From an uncultured Methanosarcinales archaeon (GTDB taxonomy: Archaea; Nanobdellota; Nanobdellia; Woesearchaeales; ARS49): 64,000 nucleotides of DNA. Each line of letters starts with the position of its first letter. Within the stretch, counting starts at the first letter, position 1. Position numbers and translations under genes: made by a program. The notes beneath the pieces are model-generated. The model did no database searches. It saw only the letters and a program-made list of their open reading frames with translations, and was not told the origin of the DNA. The DNA lies in NCBI GenBank assembly GCA_964637115.1, contig CAZWVL010000006.1, forward strand, positions 1-64,000, in the 5' to 3' direction. Shown here one piece after another: positions 41,254 through 52,085 of this stretch.

Positions 41254-41401
41254 TTGACTTTTCTTTAGTTATCCTTTCTGGAATACCCACTTAATCATCA
41301 TCTTGTAAAGGCGCCCAGCCACCCTAAATTCTTACATTATAGATTCTGATAATTATTTAAAAAACCTTTGTATCGTGAGGCACATTTAAACTTCAATCCT
41401 A

Positions 41402-42715
41402 TTAAGGCCATATAAATGAAACCAAGTACTTTCTCACTCTTAAGAAATCTTCTCGAACATTGGAAAGAAAGTTCCTGAATATTCCTGTTGCATTAAAGTA
41501 GAGGAACAAAATCGTGTTTAGAATGGCAATCCATTTCGCTACTTGAATGAATGATGAGTTTTTAACCATAAAACTGATAAACAATTGAACCGCATAAAAA
41601 ACAGAACTGCTTTTTAGATCTCCAAATGACATAATCATCATCAGATTTAACAAAAATGTGAAAGTAATGGCTACATAACAGAAGAGGTATTTTCTCTTGT
41701 CAAAAATTGCAAAGGAAAGAAGTGCAAAAAATGGAAAAAGATATCTCTCATGAATTTCTGTTGGCAGCATGAAAAACGCAAAAGCCACCCCGGCAGCGGC
41801 CAGACTGGCATCGCTTTCATGCTTGCTCTTGATTAACTGGTACATCACAAGAATGCAATAAAGAATGAAGAGTCTGGATCCTATGTACAAGAAACTCATA
41901 CCCCAGATTGAGTCGAAGTCAGACCTTGCCGGTACTCCGGGAGACAGCAAATACCAGGGATTGTAGGCGTTCATTGTGACATGTGCAAATTTACCAACTG
42001 AGCCTTCGATTGTTGCAATAACATTGCTATACACGCCACCGTACAGAAACGGGATGAAAACAATAAAGACGATGAGAGCCGTTGAAAAAATAATGGAGAA
42101 TAGCTTCTTAAAATCAAATTTCTTAATTACAAGTTCTTTAAAGATGACAATCGCCAATATTGGGAAAATTACAATAGCTTGAACTTTGGTCAAAATTCCA
42201 AGCGTGAAAAAAACTGTCGATAATACATAATGCCGGTGCATTAACATTAATAGGCTAAAGAAAATGAAACATGCATAAACCGAATCAATCTGACCCCAAA
42301 TTGCCGTGTTGTATATTACTCCTAAATTAAAGAAATACAATGACATGGCAATGATTGCTTTGTAGAAGCTCGCTTTCTTAAAATGCCAGAAAAGTCCGAT
42401 TCCTATGAGTAAATTGCAAAGCGTGGGCACAATTTTTGAAATATAAATGTAAGAGTGTGAGTTCGCTATTAAATTTCCAAACAATTTGAGATGCAACCAT
42501 GCATTAAATCTCAAAACATACATGTAAAGAGGAGGATAAGTAGGCAGTCTTTGCTTATACAATTCTGCCAGACCTTTTTCTAATGCAGTATTGCCCCATC
42601 CTTCCAACTCCAGCATATCTGAATGATACCGACTGAAGAATAAAGGCAAATTGAACATTAAGAACATAACAACTAATAGACAGAATATTATTGCCTCTTT
42701 TTTTTCAAATTTCAT
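41402..42715 (-). CDS. GT-C fold mannosyltransferase-like protein (GT87/PIG-M-like)
   Basis: SD...W, YPPLYMY, N.A.WGQIDS, K.Q, NAYNPW, HERY. Confidence 0.8.
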   Translation of the reverse strand: MKFEKKEAIIFCLLVVMFLMFNLPLFFSRYHSDMLELEGWGNTALEKGLAELYKQRLPTYPPLYMYVLRFNAWLHLKLFGNLIANSHSYIYISKIVPTLCNLLIGIGLFWHFKKASFYKAIIAMSLYFFNLGVIYNTAIWGQIDSVYACFIFFSLLMLMHRHYVLSTVFFTLGILTKVQAIVIFPILAIVIFKELVIKKFDFKKLFSIIFSTALIVFIVFIPFLYGGVYSNVIATIEGSVGKFAHVTMNAYNPWYLLSPGVPARSDFDSIWGMSFLYIGSRLFILYCILVMYQLIKSKHESDASLAAAGVAFAFFMLPTEIHERYLFPFFALLSFAIFDKRKYLFCYVAITFTFLLNLMMIMSFGDLKSSSVFYAVQLFISFMVKNSSFIQVAKWIAILNTILFLYFNATGIFRNFLSNVREDFLRVRKYLVSFIWP

Positions 42716-42808
42716 GTATTTGCTTGCGATAAAAGGGATATGTTAATAAGCTTTTTCCATCGAAAGAATTTCAAAAGATTTTTAAGGAGAAGACCAGTCG
42801 GGAAAGTC

Positions 42809-44050
42809 ATGTGGAATAAAGAGGAATGGGCAATTTTTATTATTTCTTTCTTCATTATTATGTTATTTACAAAAACGGGTGTTGGGAGTGGAAATGATGC
42901 ATCAAGAATGGGCGCCATACAATCAATTGTTGAGTTCAACACTTTTGCGATTGACAATTCTCAATACAATTACACCAATGACAAGGTTTTTGTAAATGGT
43001 CATTTTTATTCTGACAAGCCGCCACTTTCTTATCTGTTAGGCGTTCCGCCGTATTGGGTTCTGAATAGATTAAATATTGGAACTCAACCTAGGTATTATT
43101 ATTTTGTAACGTTATTTAGTGTCGGCCTTTTTGTAAGCATTATGTTGGTTTACTTCTTCAGATTGCTCGCTTTTTACGGACTTGAGCCCCTTACAAAGAT
43201 TTTCTACGTTGCATCACTGGGCTTTGGAACACTGCTATTCACTTATTCTGTTACTGTAAACAATCATGCAGTTGCTGCAGCGTTTCTGTTTTTGGCTTTT
43301 TATTTTATTTTGAAGGAAAAACACTACATTTTGGCCGGATTTTTGGGTGGCCTGTTATCTTCCATAGACTTAGTTGCTGGAAATATATTTTTAGGTCTCT
43401 TCATCATTCTGCTTTTAATTCGTAGAAGCTTTAAACAACTCCCATTCTTTTTATTAGGTGCAGGTGTCCCTATATTCATTCATTTGTTGCTAAATTGGAT
43501 TATAAGCGGCAGCATAGTACCCATGTCTTTCAGGCCGGAATTATTCAACTATCCAGGTACCCCCTGGACTAGCGGCATACCACTTCGCACACAGGAATTA
43601 TCAGGAATCCAAAATTACACATATGGCATACTATTTGGTGTCGAGGGCGGTTTCCTATCTTACGCGCCAGTCCTATTCTTTTCACTGGCGGGTTTGATAT
43701 ACACTGCAGTGAGAAAGAATAAGCTTCAAAAAGAGAGCATTCTTGTATTCATGGGAACGATTGGCACTTTTCTGTTCTATATATTTAGAACAGACCCGTA
43801 TCATTATGACGGTTGCGCGATAGGATACAGATATGGTGTTGCTCTCATACCTTTGCTATATTTCTTTACGCCTTCATTATTCAAGGTAAAAGACAAGCGG
43901 TTGGCTACTATTCTAGGCGTGTTATTTTTCATCGCTGTTTTAATATCAGCATTCTACTCATTTGAAAACATGACAAAAATCTGGAGTTGTTATTACGGCC
44001 ATTTTGCGCTTTTGGGACCGTTTCACTGCGGCGTGGTGCCAATAGCATAA
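42809..44050 (+). CDS. Polytopic membrane protein, probable GT-C glycosyltransferase
   Basis: NDASRM, YSDKPP, H, G.RY; start set at ATG 42809. Confidence 0.65.
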   Translation: MWNKEEWAIFIISFFIIMLFTKTGVGSGNDASRMGAIQSIVEFNTFAIDNSQYNYTNDKVFVNGHFYSDKPPLSYLLGVPPYWVLNRLNIGTQPRYYYFVTLFSVGLFVSIMLVYFFRLLAFYGLEPLTKIFYVASLGFGTLLFTYSVTVNNHAVAAAFLFLAFYFILKEKHYILAGFLGGLLSSIDLVAGNIFLGLFIILLLIRRSFKQLPFFLLGAGVPIFIHLLLNWIISGSIVPMSFRPELFNYPGTPWTSGIPLRTQELSGIQNYTYGILFGVEGGFLSYAPVLFFSLAGLIYTAVRKNKLQKESILVFMGTIGTFLFYIFRTDPYHYDGCAIGYRYGVALIPLLYFFTPSLFKVKDKRLATILGVLFFIAVLISAFYSFENMTKIWSCYYGHFALLGPFHCGVVPIA

Positions 44051-44105
44051 AATTAAAGCTTGGTGTTGCATTAAACCATTTGTCAGCACACCACAACATC
44101 GTTTT

Positions 44106-45821
44106 TTATTTTATTTTATGAAAAATTAAGAATAGCATGCAAACGAGTGACAGAATCGAAATAATCCCACCTATTGCAAATGTGCGGGGTAAATAATAAA
44201 ACTCTAGTTTCCTATCAGATTCAGTTACATTTGCTGATAACAAACCATTAAAGCTTTCAGCTTGCCCGCCTCTCACCCTCCACCCTTTATCATAATTTTG
44301 ATTAATAACCACTCTATTTGGAACTTGTGTCTCAACATTCACTATCAGTTTGTTTGGAGACCAACAGTCGTATGACGCTTTCCCTTCAAGTTCAAGATAG
44401 ACCTCTCCTTTGTAAGATGGATCTGTGATTGGCTTTGCAAAACTTACAATATTCGGTGTTCCGGCATCAACGTCCACTGTACCAGCATTAGAGAGGAAAT
44501 TCCTATAAACATTGCCATAAGCCGCATAAGAGACTTGCCGGAAATCGACATTCTTTTCAACAGTTAGAGCTTTGTCAGTAAAAGATGCGTGAAATGGTGT
44601 GGAATTAACCAGAAGCAAATCAACAATAACAAAAATTACTATCGCATATATCAAAATTTGCCGAGTTGAATGCTGTGTTTTCTTAAGCAGCCAATCGACT
44701 GCCAACCCGCTTATGATCGCAAGGCAGAACACAAACAAAATTATAAATCTTGAGGGCACCCTAATTGACATGAAAAAAGGCAGTTTATGTAGAATATGCC
44801 ATGGGGACCATGCACCCCAATCGCCAAGCGAAATGAAGAAAGTCATAAACCCAGATAACATTAATGGAAATTGATTTTTCCATAGTAAAAATAAACCAAT
44901 CGCGAACAAAATTAGCGGAATAATTCCTGTATAAGCGCCATATTCCGGCCAACCCCAATGTTGGTCTTCGAAATTTTGCGAATTTCGATTTTGGTTTCTA
45001 TTTAAAAAAATGTGATATAAACCTTTAATTGTTGTCTTATCAGAAGCATCAATAATACGCGGGTTTTCTTGGATGAAATCTAACGCCGGTAGGACTTTTA
45101 CAGCACTTAAAACAAAAGAAAAAATAATAATAAGTGCAAGATATAGGATTGGCAGCATATCTTTCCTTTGAAAAGAATAAACAGCGCTGAACATAACAAG
45201 AAAAAAGAATATTGGAATTAAAGCATGTCCTGTGCCTCCGCCGAGGATAATGAATGCAAAGACTATTCCTGTGAATAATAGATACCTTTTCTGATCAAAT
45301 GATTTCAAAAAAAATAGAAATACAAAGGGCAATAGAAAATAATTTGAGAATACGAAATGGCCTCCTCCAACATGCAATGAAAAGAAACTTGACAGCCCAA
45401 ACACAGAAGCTGCAAATATCCCGGTTGCAAATTCTGTTTTGTAATGTCTCGATACCAAGAACATTCCAACCAATCCTATCCACATCATGAGAAGGAGTTC
45501 AATTTTCAGACCCACTGTGCAGCCAAAAATGAACGGCAGAAAAAAGGTCGGCCTTAAAAAACCAGACTGTGGATGGCCCAACATCGGCCTTCCACCATTA
45601 GAATAAGGATTCCATAATGGGAACTGTCTATGATGCAAAATACTCTCACGGGCGATTTCGTCCATTTGACAATATATACTCCAGTCGCCATACCCTTCAT
45701 TGCGCATACTAAAAAATATGTTAGATGTGAACAGATAAGCAATCACAAGAAGGATGACATAAGGCACGCAAAATTTAATCAATTTGGGGAGAGCACTCAG
45801 AATTTTTTTAAATTTCAGCAT
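44106..45821 (-). CDS. YfhO-like GT-C membrane protein (copy A)
   Basis: GDW, QFPLWNPY..GG.P, GH, R.PSRF, NQNYDKGW, C-terminal TM. Confidence 0.75.
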   Translation of the reverse strand: MLKFKKILSALPKLIKFCVPYVILLVIAYLFTSNIFFSMRNEGYGDWSIYCQMDEIARESILHHRQFPLWNPYSNGGRPMLGHPQSGFLRPTFFLPFIFGCTVGLKIELLLMMWIGLVGMFLVSRHYKTEFATGIFAASVFGLSSFFSLHVGGGHFVFSNYFLLPFVFLFFLKSFDQKRYLLFTGIVFAFIILGGGTGHALIPIFFFLVMFSAVYSFQRKDMLPILYLALIIIFSFVLSAVKVLPALDFIQENPRIIDASDKTTIKGLYHIFLNRNQNRNSQNFEDQHWGWPEYGAYTGIIPLILFAIGLFLLWKNQFPLMLSGFMTFFISLGDWGAWSPWHILHKLPFFMSIRVPSRFIILFVFCLAIISGLAVDWLLKKTQHSTRQILIYAIVIFVIVDLLLVNSTPFHASFTDKALTVEKNVDFRQVSYAAYGNVYRNFLSNAGTVDVDAGTPNIVSFAKPITDPSYKGEVYLELEGKASYDCWSPNKLIVNVETQVPNRVVINQNYDKGWRVRGGQAESFNGLLSANVTESDRKLEFYYLPRTFAIGGIISILSLVCMLFLIFHKIK

Positions 45822-45911
45822 TAAAACAAAGACCTGAATTGATTATTTAAATATTTGGTCATAAAGAAGACAATTAAGTTTAAATATTAAGGTAATGATT
45901 GTTTACTTCTA

Positions 45912-47528
45912 ATGGTTAAGCTGCTTGATTACTTTTTGAGAAGCGATATTCCACTTTTAATTGCCGTTTTTTTAATCATATTTCTTTTAAGATTGCCCTG
46001 GGCAGGACACGTCGTAATTGATTGGGACGAATCTGTGTTTTTTACGGTGGCACAAGATTTAGTACATGGCGGAAGCCTATATCAGACTACCTGGGAAGGC
46101 AAGGGACCACTACTATTCTTCATTCTTGCACCAGTAATAAAAATTTTCGGTGCTAATATTGTTGCGTTGCGCATTTTCACTACATTTTATGTTATTTTGT
46201 CAATGCTTTTCATTTATTTAATAGCCAAAACCATCGTAAAAACAAAAGCAAGCATTCTTGCACCTTTATGCTATGGAATATTTTTTATGAAATTCGGTGG
46301 TCTTTCGTCAAATCGCGAGTTATTCATGATGTTGCCAGTCATAATAGCAACTTTCTTTTTTGTTAAATATGTGGAAGATGAATTTACAGGAAATTGGAAA
46401 CTTTTCTTTTGCGGGCTCTTTTCTGCAGCAGCAGTGCTTACTGTACAAACCGCTTTCTTTAGTGTCGTTATATTTCCCGCTGTTATTGCCTTGCGAAAAT
46501 TGACTTCTAGAAATTATTTATGGAAAAGTTTCGCAAAAGACATTGTGTGGTATTCTGCGGGCGCCATCATGGTGAGTGTTTTTGTCTTATTATATTTCAT
46601 TATCCACAATTCATTATACGATTTTTACTTTGCAGTCTATGGATTCAATCAGAGGTATGTTAGCAGAATACCGATTGAAACTGGGTTGCAGAAATTGTGG
46701 GAATTTTTGAAACTTGAGGGGTTTAGGGATCTTATCACTATTTTTGCCTTAATTGGCGCGGTTATTTGTTGTTCAAGGTCCAAACTTAGGAAATCACAAG
46801 TTATGACGAGCTTCTTGTGTGGATTGCTTTTGCTCTCTTTAATTGGAGTTTTCTGGGCACGAAACATGTACCAACATTATTATCTGCAGATGTCCTTGCC
46901 ATTTTCTTTAATAATCAGTTTTGCAGTTTCGCTTCTACCTTTAAATAGACTGGAATTGAATAAAATCATTTATTCTATCGTCTTAGCTATAATTGCTATA
47001 ATTGCCCCTAATCCACTAATAGTGATTTTTGTGGGAATTTTCATACTGCTAATATTATTGGCCACAGATGAGAATCAGATAAAAACATTTAATTGTGTAG
47101 TATGTATAATGATAATCATGTTAACATACTATAGCACCTCATCAGTTATGAACATTTTAGGCCAACCAAGGAATGAAAATGATGAACTAATCAAAATTTC
47201 CGCACTTGTCGCAAATCAGACCCTTGTTAACGACACCATTTTTGTGTTGGGAGGAGAACCAGTAATATATTTCCTTTCTGATAGACGCCCGGCGGTGAAA
47301 TATCTAGTGTGGTATTTTTACAGAGACCACCTCGCATATATTGGAATGACAATGAACGAAACACTGAATGAGTTCAAGATCAAGAGACCTAAGTATTTTG
47401 TTTATCACATTGAACAGGGGCGAGAAGTTCCAGCTATAGAAGAATTCATGCTCAATAATTATCATCCGGAAGAAAAATATGGGCATTACGTGTTGTATAG
47501 AATAAATAGCACTCGTTTTGAAGTATAG
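45912..47528 (+). CDS. GT-C fold glycosyltransferase (ArnT-like)
   Basis: DWDES, WEGKGP, N.ELF, HYYLQ, multiple TM segments. Confidence 0.8.
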   Translation: MVKLLDYFLRSDIPLLIAVFLIIFLLRLPWAGHVVIDWDESVFFTVAQDLVHGGSLYQTTWEGKGPLLFFILAPVIKIFGANIVALRIFTTFYVILSMLFIYLIAKTIVKTKASILAPLCYGIFFMKFGGLSSNRELFMMLPVIIATFFFVKYVEDEFTGNWKLFFCGLFSAAAVLTVQTAFFSVVIFPAVIALRKLTSRNYLWKSFAKDIVWYSAGAIMVSVFVLLYFIIHNSLYDFYFAVYGFNQRYVSRIPIETGLQKLWEFLKLEGFRDLITIFALIGAVICCSRSKLRKSQVMTSFLCGLLLLSLIGVFWARNMYQHYYLQMSLPFSLIISFAVSLLPLNRLELNKIIYSIVLAIIAIIAPNPLIVIFVGIFILLILLATDENQIKTFNCVVCIMIIMLTYYSTSSVMNILGQPRNENDELIKISALVANQTLVNDTIFVLGGEPVIYFLSDRRPAVKYLVWYFYRDHLAYIGMTMNETLNEFKIKRPKYFVYHIEQGREVPAIEEFMLNNYHPEEKYGHYVLYRINSTRFEV

Positions 47529-47546
47529 CATTTATTCTTGATTATC

Positions 47547-47592
47547 TTATTTCTCAAAAACTGCCAAAAATCCCAGCCAAATTCGCGGTTAT
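47547..47592 (-). pseudogene. Possible very short 3' remnant of a 49464-like methyltransferase
   Basis: Reads ...GFLAVFEK* versus GLIILAIFEK* of 49464; 15 of the last 21 nt match. Short, so weak. Confidence 0.35.
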
Positions 47593-47613
47593 TGCATGCA
47601 AGACTTATAAAAA

Positions 47614-49374
47614 CTATGTTTTCATCTTGAATCCGTCTCTAATATAAAATATAACACATACACTTGTTGATACGAGTGAAATAATTGCGCCTATGATAAA
47701 AGAGCGTGGCAAATAATAAAACTCTACTTTCTTGTCAGATTCGGATACGTTTGTTGATAACAGACCATTAAAGCTCTCAGCTTGCCCGCCCTTAACTCGC
47801 CAACCTTTATCGTAATTTTGGTTGATAATAACCCTATTTAGTTCTTGAGTTTCTACATTAACAATTAGTTTGTTTGGAGACCAGTACTCGTATGATGTAT
47901 TTCCTTCAAGTTCAAGATAGACTTCGCCTTTGTAATTTTCATCATTTAATCCGCGTGCATATGTAGGATGAAACACCGGATCATATGCATCAAGCGTACC
48001 GTTATGGCCAATCAGGTTCATATACATGCTGCTATCCGCTCCACTTCTTCCAACATTATAATCATTTATTTGCTTGAAATCTGTACGGTCCTCAAATTCT
48101 ATCGGCCTGTTAGGGAATGCCTGTGCAAATGTCTTGCTGTCAACGACCAACAATTCCAGTACGGCCAACAGCACCACTATAACACAGATGTATTTTAGGT
48201 GATCCTGCTTTTTGAGAATAAGATTAAGCATCAAGCCTGCAATAATGGCAAGTGCGAACACGAACATAATGACAAACCTAGAAGGTACATGAGTTGACTG
48301 GACAAAAGGCAATTGATGCAGCACATGCCATGGTGTCCAATTGCCAAAATCGCCTATCGAAACTATAAACGTAAAAATGCCTGCGCCAATCAATGCAATT
48401 TCTGACTTAAAAAAGAACACTAAACCGACAACGAAAAAAAGCGCCGGTAGCCAACCCACGTATGCGCCATACTCGTGCCAACCCCATACCTGACCAACAA
48501 AACGATTCATGTCTAAACCCTGTTCTGTGCCAAAAAAGATGTGATACAAACCTAAAGGTCGAGTAAGCTCATTCGACACTTTTAAAATAGGATGTGACAT
48601 TGTGTACACAATTGTAGGAATCAATTTAACTGCGGCAAAACCAAACGCTAGCAGGAATATGAATGCGAGATTTGTCAACGGGCTCACATTGGTTTTTTTA
48701 ATAGCTGAAATAAGTGCATACGTCCCAAGAAAGACGATAAGAGGAATCATGACGTATGCTGAACCTCCTCCTAATATTATGAGCGCCACACAAGCTGCCG
48801 AGAGAATAGCCCACCACAACCTTTCGAATGATTTCAAATAGAATAGAAAAACGTAAGGCAGCATATAGAATGAGAGGAAGATAAAATGACCTTCGGTAAT
48901 GTGCAATGAGAAAAAGCTTGTCAACCCGAAGATACACGCAGACAGTACTCCTGCAAGAGGATGCATTCTATAATGCATGGAAAGCAAGAACATTCCTACC
49001 ATTCCAAATGCAACGGTGATGAAAATCTCAAGCTTTGAGGCAACCACGCAACCAAAGGCAAGGGTAAGAAGAAACAAAGGCCGCAAAAAACCGTTCTGAT
49101 GATTGGCTATAAGCGGTCTTCCGCCACTTGCAAAAGCATTCCAGAGAGGGAACTGGTGATACTCAAGAATTGTCTGGCGAGCCACTTCATTTTGGAAACA
49201 CACGAAGTCCCAATCACCTCCGCCAAAATTATTGATCCGCGACAACGAGGGCACGGTCAGCTTAAGTGACTTCCAGTCGCTCGCGTTGTTCAAGCTTTGT
49301 AAACTTGATAGAAGCGGAATCACAAAAACGAATGCAATCAGAATTATAAGAAACACATACTGCCAATTTTTCAT
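47614..49374 (-). CDS. YfhO-like GT-C membrane protein (copy B)
   Basis: GDWD, QFPLWN...GG.P, GH, PSRF, NQNYDKGW. TTG at 49377 is an alternative start. Confidence 0.75.
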   Translation of the reverse strand: MKNWQYVFLIILIAFVFVIPLLSSLQSLNNASDWKSLKLTVPSLSRINNFGGGDWDFVCFQNEVARQTILEYHQFPLWNAFASGGRPLIANHQNGFLRPLFLLTLAFGCVVASKLEIFITVAFGMVGMFLLSMHYRMHPLAGVLSACIFGLTSFFSLHITEGHFIFLSFYMLPYVFLFYLKSFERLWWAILSAACVALIILGGGSAYVMIPLIVFLGTYALISAIKKTNVSPLTNLAFIFLLAFGFAAVKLIPTIVYTMSHPILKVSNELTRPLGLYHIFFGTEQGLDMNRFVGQVWGWHEYGAYVGWLPALFFVVGLVFFFKSEIALIGAGIFTFIVSIGDFGNWTPWHVLHQLPFVQSTHVPSRFVIMFVFALAIIAGLMLNLILKKQDHLKYICVIVVLLAVLELLVVDSKTFAQAFPNRPIEFEDRTDFKQINDYNVGRSGADSSMYMNLIGHNGTLDAYDPVFHPTYARGLNDENYKGEVYLELEGNTSYEYWSPNKLIVNVETQELNRVIINQNYDKGWRVKGGQAESFNGLLSTNVSESDKKVEFYYLPRSFIIGAIISLVSTSVCVIFYIRDGFKMKT

Positions 49375-49396
49375 CAAGACGTTAGCACCGCTCGAG

Positions 49397-49408
49397 TTAT
49401 ATAAATCT
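49397..49408 (-). promoter_or_regulatory. TATA box TAAGATTTATAT(A) for copy B
   Basis: About 24 nt upstream of the start; same TAAGATTTATA core as at about 51935-51945. Confidence 0.55.
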
Positions 49409-49463
49409 TACTCAAGATGAAAAAATCACGCATATAGAAGGATGTTTCCTTCCATTAATAGAC

Positions 49464-50150
49464 TCATTTTTCAAAAATGGCGAGGATTATCAAACCGAAT
49501 TTGCCCGTTATTTCTTTTTCTAGTTTTACTAGCTTTTTTGCTAATCCATAAGAGATTAAAGCTATGAATGGAGTGAATAGAAATAACGTCTTCATTTCGA
49601 TAAGTTTAAAGCCATTAGTTTCTCCTAATTTCTTGAGACTTGCTAACGTTTGTGGATTAATGTGCTGTTCCTCGTACTTCACAGGACTTATAAACTCCCA
49701 CATGTGCTCTACAATAGGCCACATGCTTCTATAATTGGGTGTTGTGATAATAAGTTTCCCTCCTTTGCGAAGCGCTTTGTAAATGTTTTGCATTATTTTT
49801 GTATCTGGATTCAAGTGCTCAAGCACCTGAGACAAAATAACATAATCTGCTTTTGGAAGTTCACAGTTTTCTATGTCCGAACATATCCATTTTACGTCTG
49901 GCATTATCTTTTTAACATAGTCAATTTGCGATTGCGCTACGTCTATACCAATCTTCTTTGCTCTCTTCTTGTGTTGGAAAAAGAAAGCACCAGGACCACT
50001 CCCCAAATCTAAAACTGTAAGAGCAGGATTTTCAGGTATACGTGCAGAAATCTGGGAAAAATGATACTGATGCCAGAAGCGCTGAAGATTGCCACCTTCG
50101 GTCATAACTTTGAGATAATAGCCTTCAGGAATAGAGTCGTAAATGTCCAT
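49464..50150 (-). CDS. Class I SAM-dependent methyltransferase
   Basis: VLDLGSGPG, GID, QVLEHL, L..GG.LIITTPNY. Confidence 0.9.
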   Translation of the reverse strand: MDIYDSIPEGYYLKVMTEGGNLQRFWHQYHFSQISARIPENPALTVLDLGSGPGAFFFQHKKRAKKIGIDVAQSQIDYVKKIMPDVKWICSDIENCELPKADYVILSQVLEHLNPDTKIMQNIYKALRKGGKLIITTPNYRSMWPIVEHMWEFISPVKYEEQHINPQTLASLKKLGETNGFKLIEMKTLFLFTPFIALISYGLAKKLVKLEKEITGKFGLIILAIFEK

Positions 50151-50173
50151 ATCTGACAGGTCTAAATGATGAT

Positions 50174-51910
50174 TTAAAAACTTTTGGATAGAAAAGGTGG
50201 CATTTTTTCCTTAAAAATCAAGAATGAGATTGTACCCACGACAGACAAAATTGAAATTATGGCACCTTTGACAAACGAGGAAGGCAAATAATAAAATTTT
50301 ATTTTCTTGTCAGATTCAGTAACATGTGCTGATAACAGACCATTAAAGCTTTCAGCCTGACCACCCTTGACTCGCCACCCTCTGTCATAATTTTGGTTGA
50401 TAACCACCCTGTTTGATTTTAAAGTTTCTACGTTAACTATTAGTTTGTTTGGAGACCAGTACTCATATGATGCATTTCCTTCAAGTTCAAGATAGACCTC
50501 TCCTTTGTAAGATGGATCTCCTACTAGAATAGCAAACGCTGGGTGTGGAACAGGATCATAAGCATTTAAAGTGCCATTATTAGAAAGGAAATTGGAATAA
50601 AGCGTGCTATAATAGATTGGGTTATGGGGGTACACGTAATCATAACCTTGACTAAATTCCTTATTACGCTCTATGATGGGAGGAGAGATTTCAAATACAT
50701 TTGTGAATGGTTTTCCATTCACCAAAAACAAATTTGCAACAATTAAAATAACCAACAAAAATAAAAAACGCTTCAATATAATTGATCTTTGAGTTTTTTT
50801 ACACATCCAGCCAAATGCAAGGCCTGCAAAGATAGCTAGACAAAAGACAAAAATAATAATTAGGCGCGATGAAAGACGAACCGAACTAAATATTGGGAGT
50901 GAATGTAGCAGTCTCCAAGGAGACTCGCGTGCAAAATCGCCTATTGATAAAAATAGGAAAATTAAGCCGGTGATTAATATCGCTGGCTCTCTCTTCCAAA
51001 AGAGCAACACTCCAAGTATGAATAACAATAATGGTAATATGCCTGTGTATGCGCCATACTCGTGCCAGTTGTACACTTGTACATCAAAATGGTGTACAAG
51101 CAAATTTTGTTGCGTATTAAGAAAAATATCATACAACGCTTTGAAGTTTATCCTATCAAGGCCTGTTGGCCTATCGTGTTCTGAAAAATATTCAAATGCT
51201 GGCAGAAGTTGAACAGCGCCTAAACCTCCGACTATCAGAAGTACACATGCCAAATGGATAACTGGCTTAATACTTCTTTTCTGAAAAGAATAAAAAAATG
51301 TGAAAACAGAGAGAAATAAGGTTACGTATACAATTACATGAGAAAGTGAACCAAATAAGATAACAACTAACACTGCGGATGTTAAAATTATGTATCTATA
51401 TTGTGCAAAAGATTTTAGAAAGAAAAGAAATGCAAAAGGAAGTAAATAAAAGGAAAAAAAAGGAACCTGCCCCGACGCAATACGAAGTGAGAAATAACTC
51501 GAAAGACCAAAAATCGAGGCGACTACGACTCCGGCGAGTGCTCCAATTCTAAAATGCAATGCAAGGAAGAACATCCCGATTACACCCATTGCAATCATTA
51601 TGAATGCTTCAATTTTCAATCCCATAAGGCAGCCGAATGGCAATGTGAACAAATAAAAGCCCGGCCTGAGAAATTTATTGTGAGAATTAGCGAGCAATGG
51701 CCTTCCGCCATTGGCATAGGAGTTCCATAAAGGAAATTGATGATATTTTAAGATGGTTTCTCTTGGTACTTCGTCAAAAAAGCAATTGACATCCCAATCG
51801 TGAGGTCCCACATTATGGAAATTTTTCAGTAACGGAAAACCAAATGAAAATGATACGACTATCAGAATTAATATAAAATATAGCTGTTTATGCATACGGA
51901 AAATTTGCAC
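50174..51910 (-). CDS. YfhO-like GT-C membrane protein (copy C)
   Basis: HDWD, QFPLWN...GGRP, SSR, NQNYDRGW. Confidence 0.75.
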   Translation of the reverse strand: MQIFRMHKQLYFILILIVVSFSFGFPLLKNFHNVGPHDWDVNCFFDEVPRETILKYHQFPLWNSYANGGRPLLANSHNKFLRPGFYLFTLPFGCLMGLKIEAFIMIAMGVIGMFFLALHFRIGALAGVVVASIFGLSSYFSLRIASGQVPFFSFYLLPFAFLFFLKSFAQYRYIILTSAVLVVILFGSLSHVIVYVTLFLSVFTFFYSFQKRSIKPVIHLACVLLIVGGLGAVQLLPAFEYFSEHDRPTGLDRINFKALYDIFLNTQQNLLVHHFDVQVYNWHEYGAYTGILPLLLFILGVLLFWKREPAILITGLIFLFLSIGDFARESPWRLLHSLPIFSSVRLSSRLIIIFVFCLAIFAGLAFGWMCKKTQRSIILKRFLFLLVILIVANLFLVNGKPFTNVFEISPPIIERNKEFSQGYDYVYPHNPIYYSTLYSNFLSNNGTLNAYDPVPHPAFAILVGDPSYKGEVYLELEGNASYEYWSPNKLIVNVETLKSNRVVINQNYDRGWRVKGGQAESFNGLLSAHVTESDKKIKFYYLPSSFVKGAIISILSVVGTISFLIFKEKMPPFLSKSF

Positions 51911-51981
51911 GCTATGTTAAGAATTTGCCTTATTTATAAATCTTAGTTATAACACTGATAATTATATTTTTACTGAACAGA

Positions 51982-52085
51982 TTTTTCAAGGACCGACAGA
52001 ATTATCAACCAACTGCTCCTGTTATCTTTTCTTCAAATTTTGCTAGCTTTTTTGTTAAACTATAAGAAATCATTGCAAGAAATGA
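51982..52085 (-). pseudogene. 3' remnant of a paralogue of the 49464 methyltransferase, with a 1-nt frameshift
   Basis: SFLAMISYSLTKKLAKFEEKITGAVG / LIILSVLEK versus PFIALISYGLAKKLVKLEKEITGKFGLIILAIFEK; GGT TTG ATA has become GGT TG ATA. Confidence 0.82.

Noticed and set aside
41255-41340. Short open stretch EFRVAGRLYKMMIKWVFQKG* upstream of 41253
   Set aside because: I could not match it to any gene in the window, and it is too short to call a remnant.
13310-51910. Homopolymer tracts (A7-A8/T8) in GT genes as phase-variation switches
   Set aside because: I saw none longer than about 8 nt, the genes are intact, and such runs are expected in AT-rich DNA. Read-level indel data would be needed.
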